Position numbers and translations under genes: made by a program. Under the pieces are notes generated by a model. That model ran no database searches. It saw only the letters and a program-made list of their open reading frames with translations, and was not told the DNA's origin. This document shows positions 61,411-64,000 of a stretch of 64,000 nucleotides of DNA, piece after piece. Within the stretch, counting starts at the first letter, position 1, and each line of letters opens with the position of its first letter. This DNA comes from Pseudogymnoascus verrucosus (taxonomy: Eukaryota), in NCBI GenBank assembly GCA_001662655.1, contig KV460208.1, one strand, 5' to 3'.

Positions 61411-64000
61411 AGTACGAACTAGCTCATCCCTTACTTGTTATGTTGAGGTGGCAATTTTTATTCCACAGTGCAATATGTTTAGTTTATTGGAACGGACGAT
61501 ATTCAGAGTGAATAAATTTAGTAAATTGGTTCATCCATTTCCTTGATCTACAGAACTAAATCTCTTCTTTGCGCTTGACATGCCCGTCATCTCCGACTAC
61601 CCACCAAGAGAAAGCGAAGACTATATTAAAATGATCGATTGTAAGAATCTGCTCGAGGTGGGGCTCTGTCACTAAATCTGAGTTGCAGCCTAATGAGGGT
61701 TCTCCTGTTCATCTCCGCTGCTATGTTTAGATGCTACCTGTATAGTTGGACATTCATACTAAAGAGAAATCCGTTAAATGGAAATAATTTGTAAAGAATG
61801 AGAGATACGGTTTCCACACGACGGCCCAGACGCTATCCGTAGTCTGCTCTCGTCCTCTGTGTCCCTACAAACAAGTCTTTGCGTTAGTCGCATTAGACAT
61901 GTCAAGGCTCTCGGAAATAAAGCTTGAAGGATCTGAATAGTCACCGGTTCCACAAGATTTGCCCCATAGGGGACTCTAGGCCGTGGAAGGGGGCATGGTG
62001 CGGCTGCAGTGTAGTGGCTCGGCCTCAGCATCTGGGATTCCTCCTTTCCTACGTCGCCCATCATAGCGAGCTTTCCGATCTCCGCGACACGCAATAAAAG
62101 TCGTTCGTGGATCGCTTTGCCACTTTGACTTCGCGATATATCCCTTTGCCTATACAATGGTGTGAAAAGGGGCCTGACACGGTTATTGCTGTTGGCTTTC
62201 CGAAGCCCGCTAGCACCTTGTTAGCGTCTTATGTGCGGTTGGTGTCAAATATGGGGTACGAATACACATCTCCCAACTAGTCACCATCTGCGGAGTAGTC
62301 AGTGGAGAAAGGCTCGTGTGGGGTATTGTCTTATTAGATGGATTCCACATGGCTACGGGTATTGACAATTCGGACAATTTACCTCTACCAAAGTGATATC
62401 AACTACTACGAAGATCTCAGGGATCAACTGCCGTGTATGAAAACTAGTGCAGTTATAAGTGCAGGGTATGCGACGGTGGGTCCTCGGTTGTCGCTGTTAG
62501 ACTTCCAATCTCCGCTAGCTCCCGGTAATAATCCAAGTGCATGACATAGCCCTACATTTAGACCAATATAGATGCAAGGTCACGATCAGACCATATGGTA
62601 CTGCGTTTGTTATTTGCATTTGTGTTAGCGGCGTCCCTTAGCCTCCACATTAAGGCCGAGACGGTGAGAATGCAGGATTGGTATTGATGCCTACTAGAGC
62701 CCGTCCGTGATGGAGTGCCTTCATCTCAATTCCCCGCGAAAGCGAGATTTGTACTTTGTGGGGACAACTCAATACTGCTCAGGGAATTTGTTTATGTAAC
62801 TTTCCTTCCTAAATCCGTTATGCTCGTGCGGGGTAGTGGCGATTTTGGGCCTTGCTATCTGTACCCACATATTAAGACGGGGGATATTGCGTTGAAGGAT
62901 CCGAATAATTCAGCCGGACTGACTAGGCGACCCATGTTCAACGTCGGAAGATGGATTAGTTGATACGTCGTTCTTAGGACGCAATAGATGAGGACAAGTC
63001 TGGATTTACTGGCGTGTTGGGCATACAGTACGTTACCAGAAAATGAAATGTTACAAAGCTGATTTTTTTTTTGAACTCGATCATCTTAAACACCTCAGGC
63101 ATTCAGTCCGCATCAAGTGCCGCTGATCCTAGCTTTTAAGCATTGCCATGGGCACTCCACCCCACTCCCCGCCAAGCAACCCCATGGCACCTGACTGGCT
63201 CCACAAAAACCCCTCATATTGGCCCACTTTTACGAGTTATCGTCTTGCCATTCTGTCATCATCTAACTAACTGCTATTACCCCTAAATAGTTTGGTCATC
63301 ACCGAAAATCGATACGGTTTCGGGCTGCGCGACCGTGCCAAGAAGATATAAGGTCGCCACTAAGCTGTTGACGTAGGAACTAAGAACTAGAAGTCGCTCA
63401 ACTCCTTCCATCGATCTTCGTCCGGCGTTTCATCCACAACCGTTAAGGTCTAGGTCTCGAGGCTCTACTCTGGAGGGATGAAGCAATATTCTTAATCCCC
63501 GCATCCAGTTTGCTGGGGTGGCGTCCGCATGCAGCCATGCGGAGGATGGTGCATATTGGTCTCTCCAACATCCTCGGGTCTAGCCATTTCAATTAGATGA
63601 AGGTTACCGTTTCACGCAGGCGGATAGAGAGCGAGGGGAGCAAGGGAATGAAGTATATATGCCCTTGTAAAATTCCTTCTATAAGCGTGCCTAAGTGTAA
63701 GAGCTTAGGGTTTAAGGATAACATTAATGCATACTAGCATTTTTTAGAGCCAGCAAATCTTAATGGCTGCTGTAAAGGATAAAGAGATGGGTCATTCCGC
63801 CTTTTGAAGTCTCGATTAGACCGAGACCGGCGGGAGCCTGCAATTTGGCCATCAATGATCTCAAAATAGAGCCATGTGTCCAGTCGTAGTGCAGCAATGT
63901 GAGCCAGAGTCTCTGACAGTATGGCCGGCCGTCTTGTGACACTAAAGCATCTCAAGAAGCCGCCGACCTTATTTGCAGTGACACGAGATTTTGCAATCTA

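Noticed and set aside
62590..62963. Signal-peptide-like start (MVLRLLFAFVLAASLSL) followed by Cys-containing fragments
   Set aside because: Stops after ~30 codons and no consistent splice model; possibly a decayed secreted-protein gene, unsupported.
46300..64000. Starship giant transposon cargo
   Set aside because: No DUF3435 tyrosine-recombinase captain or element boundary repeat is visible in the window.

Overview
Filamentous ascomycete (Pezizomycotina) genomic DNA with GT-AG introns and CTAAC/CTGAC branch sites. A Leotiomycete origin such as Pseudogymnoascus is only my impression. About 3.3-46.2 kb is a dense block of conserved housekeeping genes: a Rua1-domain regulator, MED10, LOS1, a CorA-like protein, a myosin regulatory light chain, MesA/AFI1, S-formylglutathione hydrolase, the divergent RPB6/TFIIIA pair, a Whi5/Nrm1-like repressor, MED15, APE4, EFM7/NNT1, an LMBR1 protein, a HERP-like UBL protein and PSD1. 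From about 46.3 kb the region is accessory and partly decaying. It holds an NRPS T-CT relic, a hairpin MITE, an intron-containing tRNA-Val(AAC), an SDR, a bZIP/DUF3425 factor, and a hAT-type MITE nested in a TA-flanked MITE. It also holds an unrecognised protein with six ~34-aa His/acidic repeats, divergent from an FAD monooxygenase; DUF829 and bacterial-like GH32 pseudogenes; and a Zn2Cys6 factor. The repeat protein/monooxygenase pair is the best candidate for an undescribed system. All family calls rest on recognised motifs; no database searches were run.
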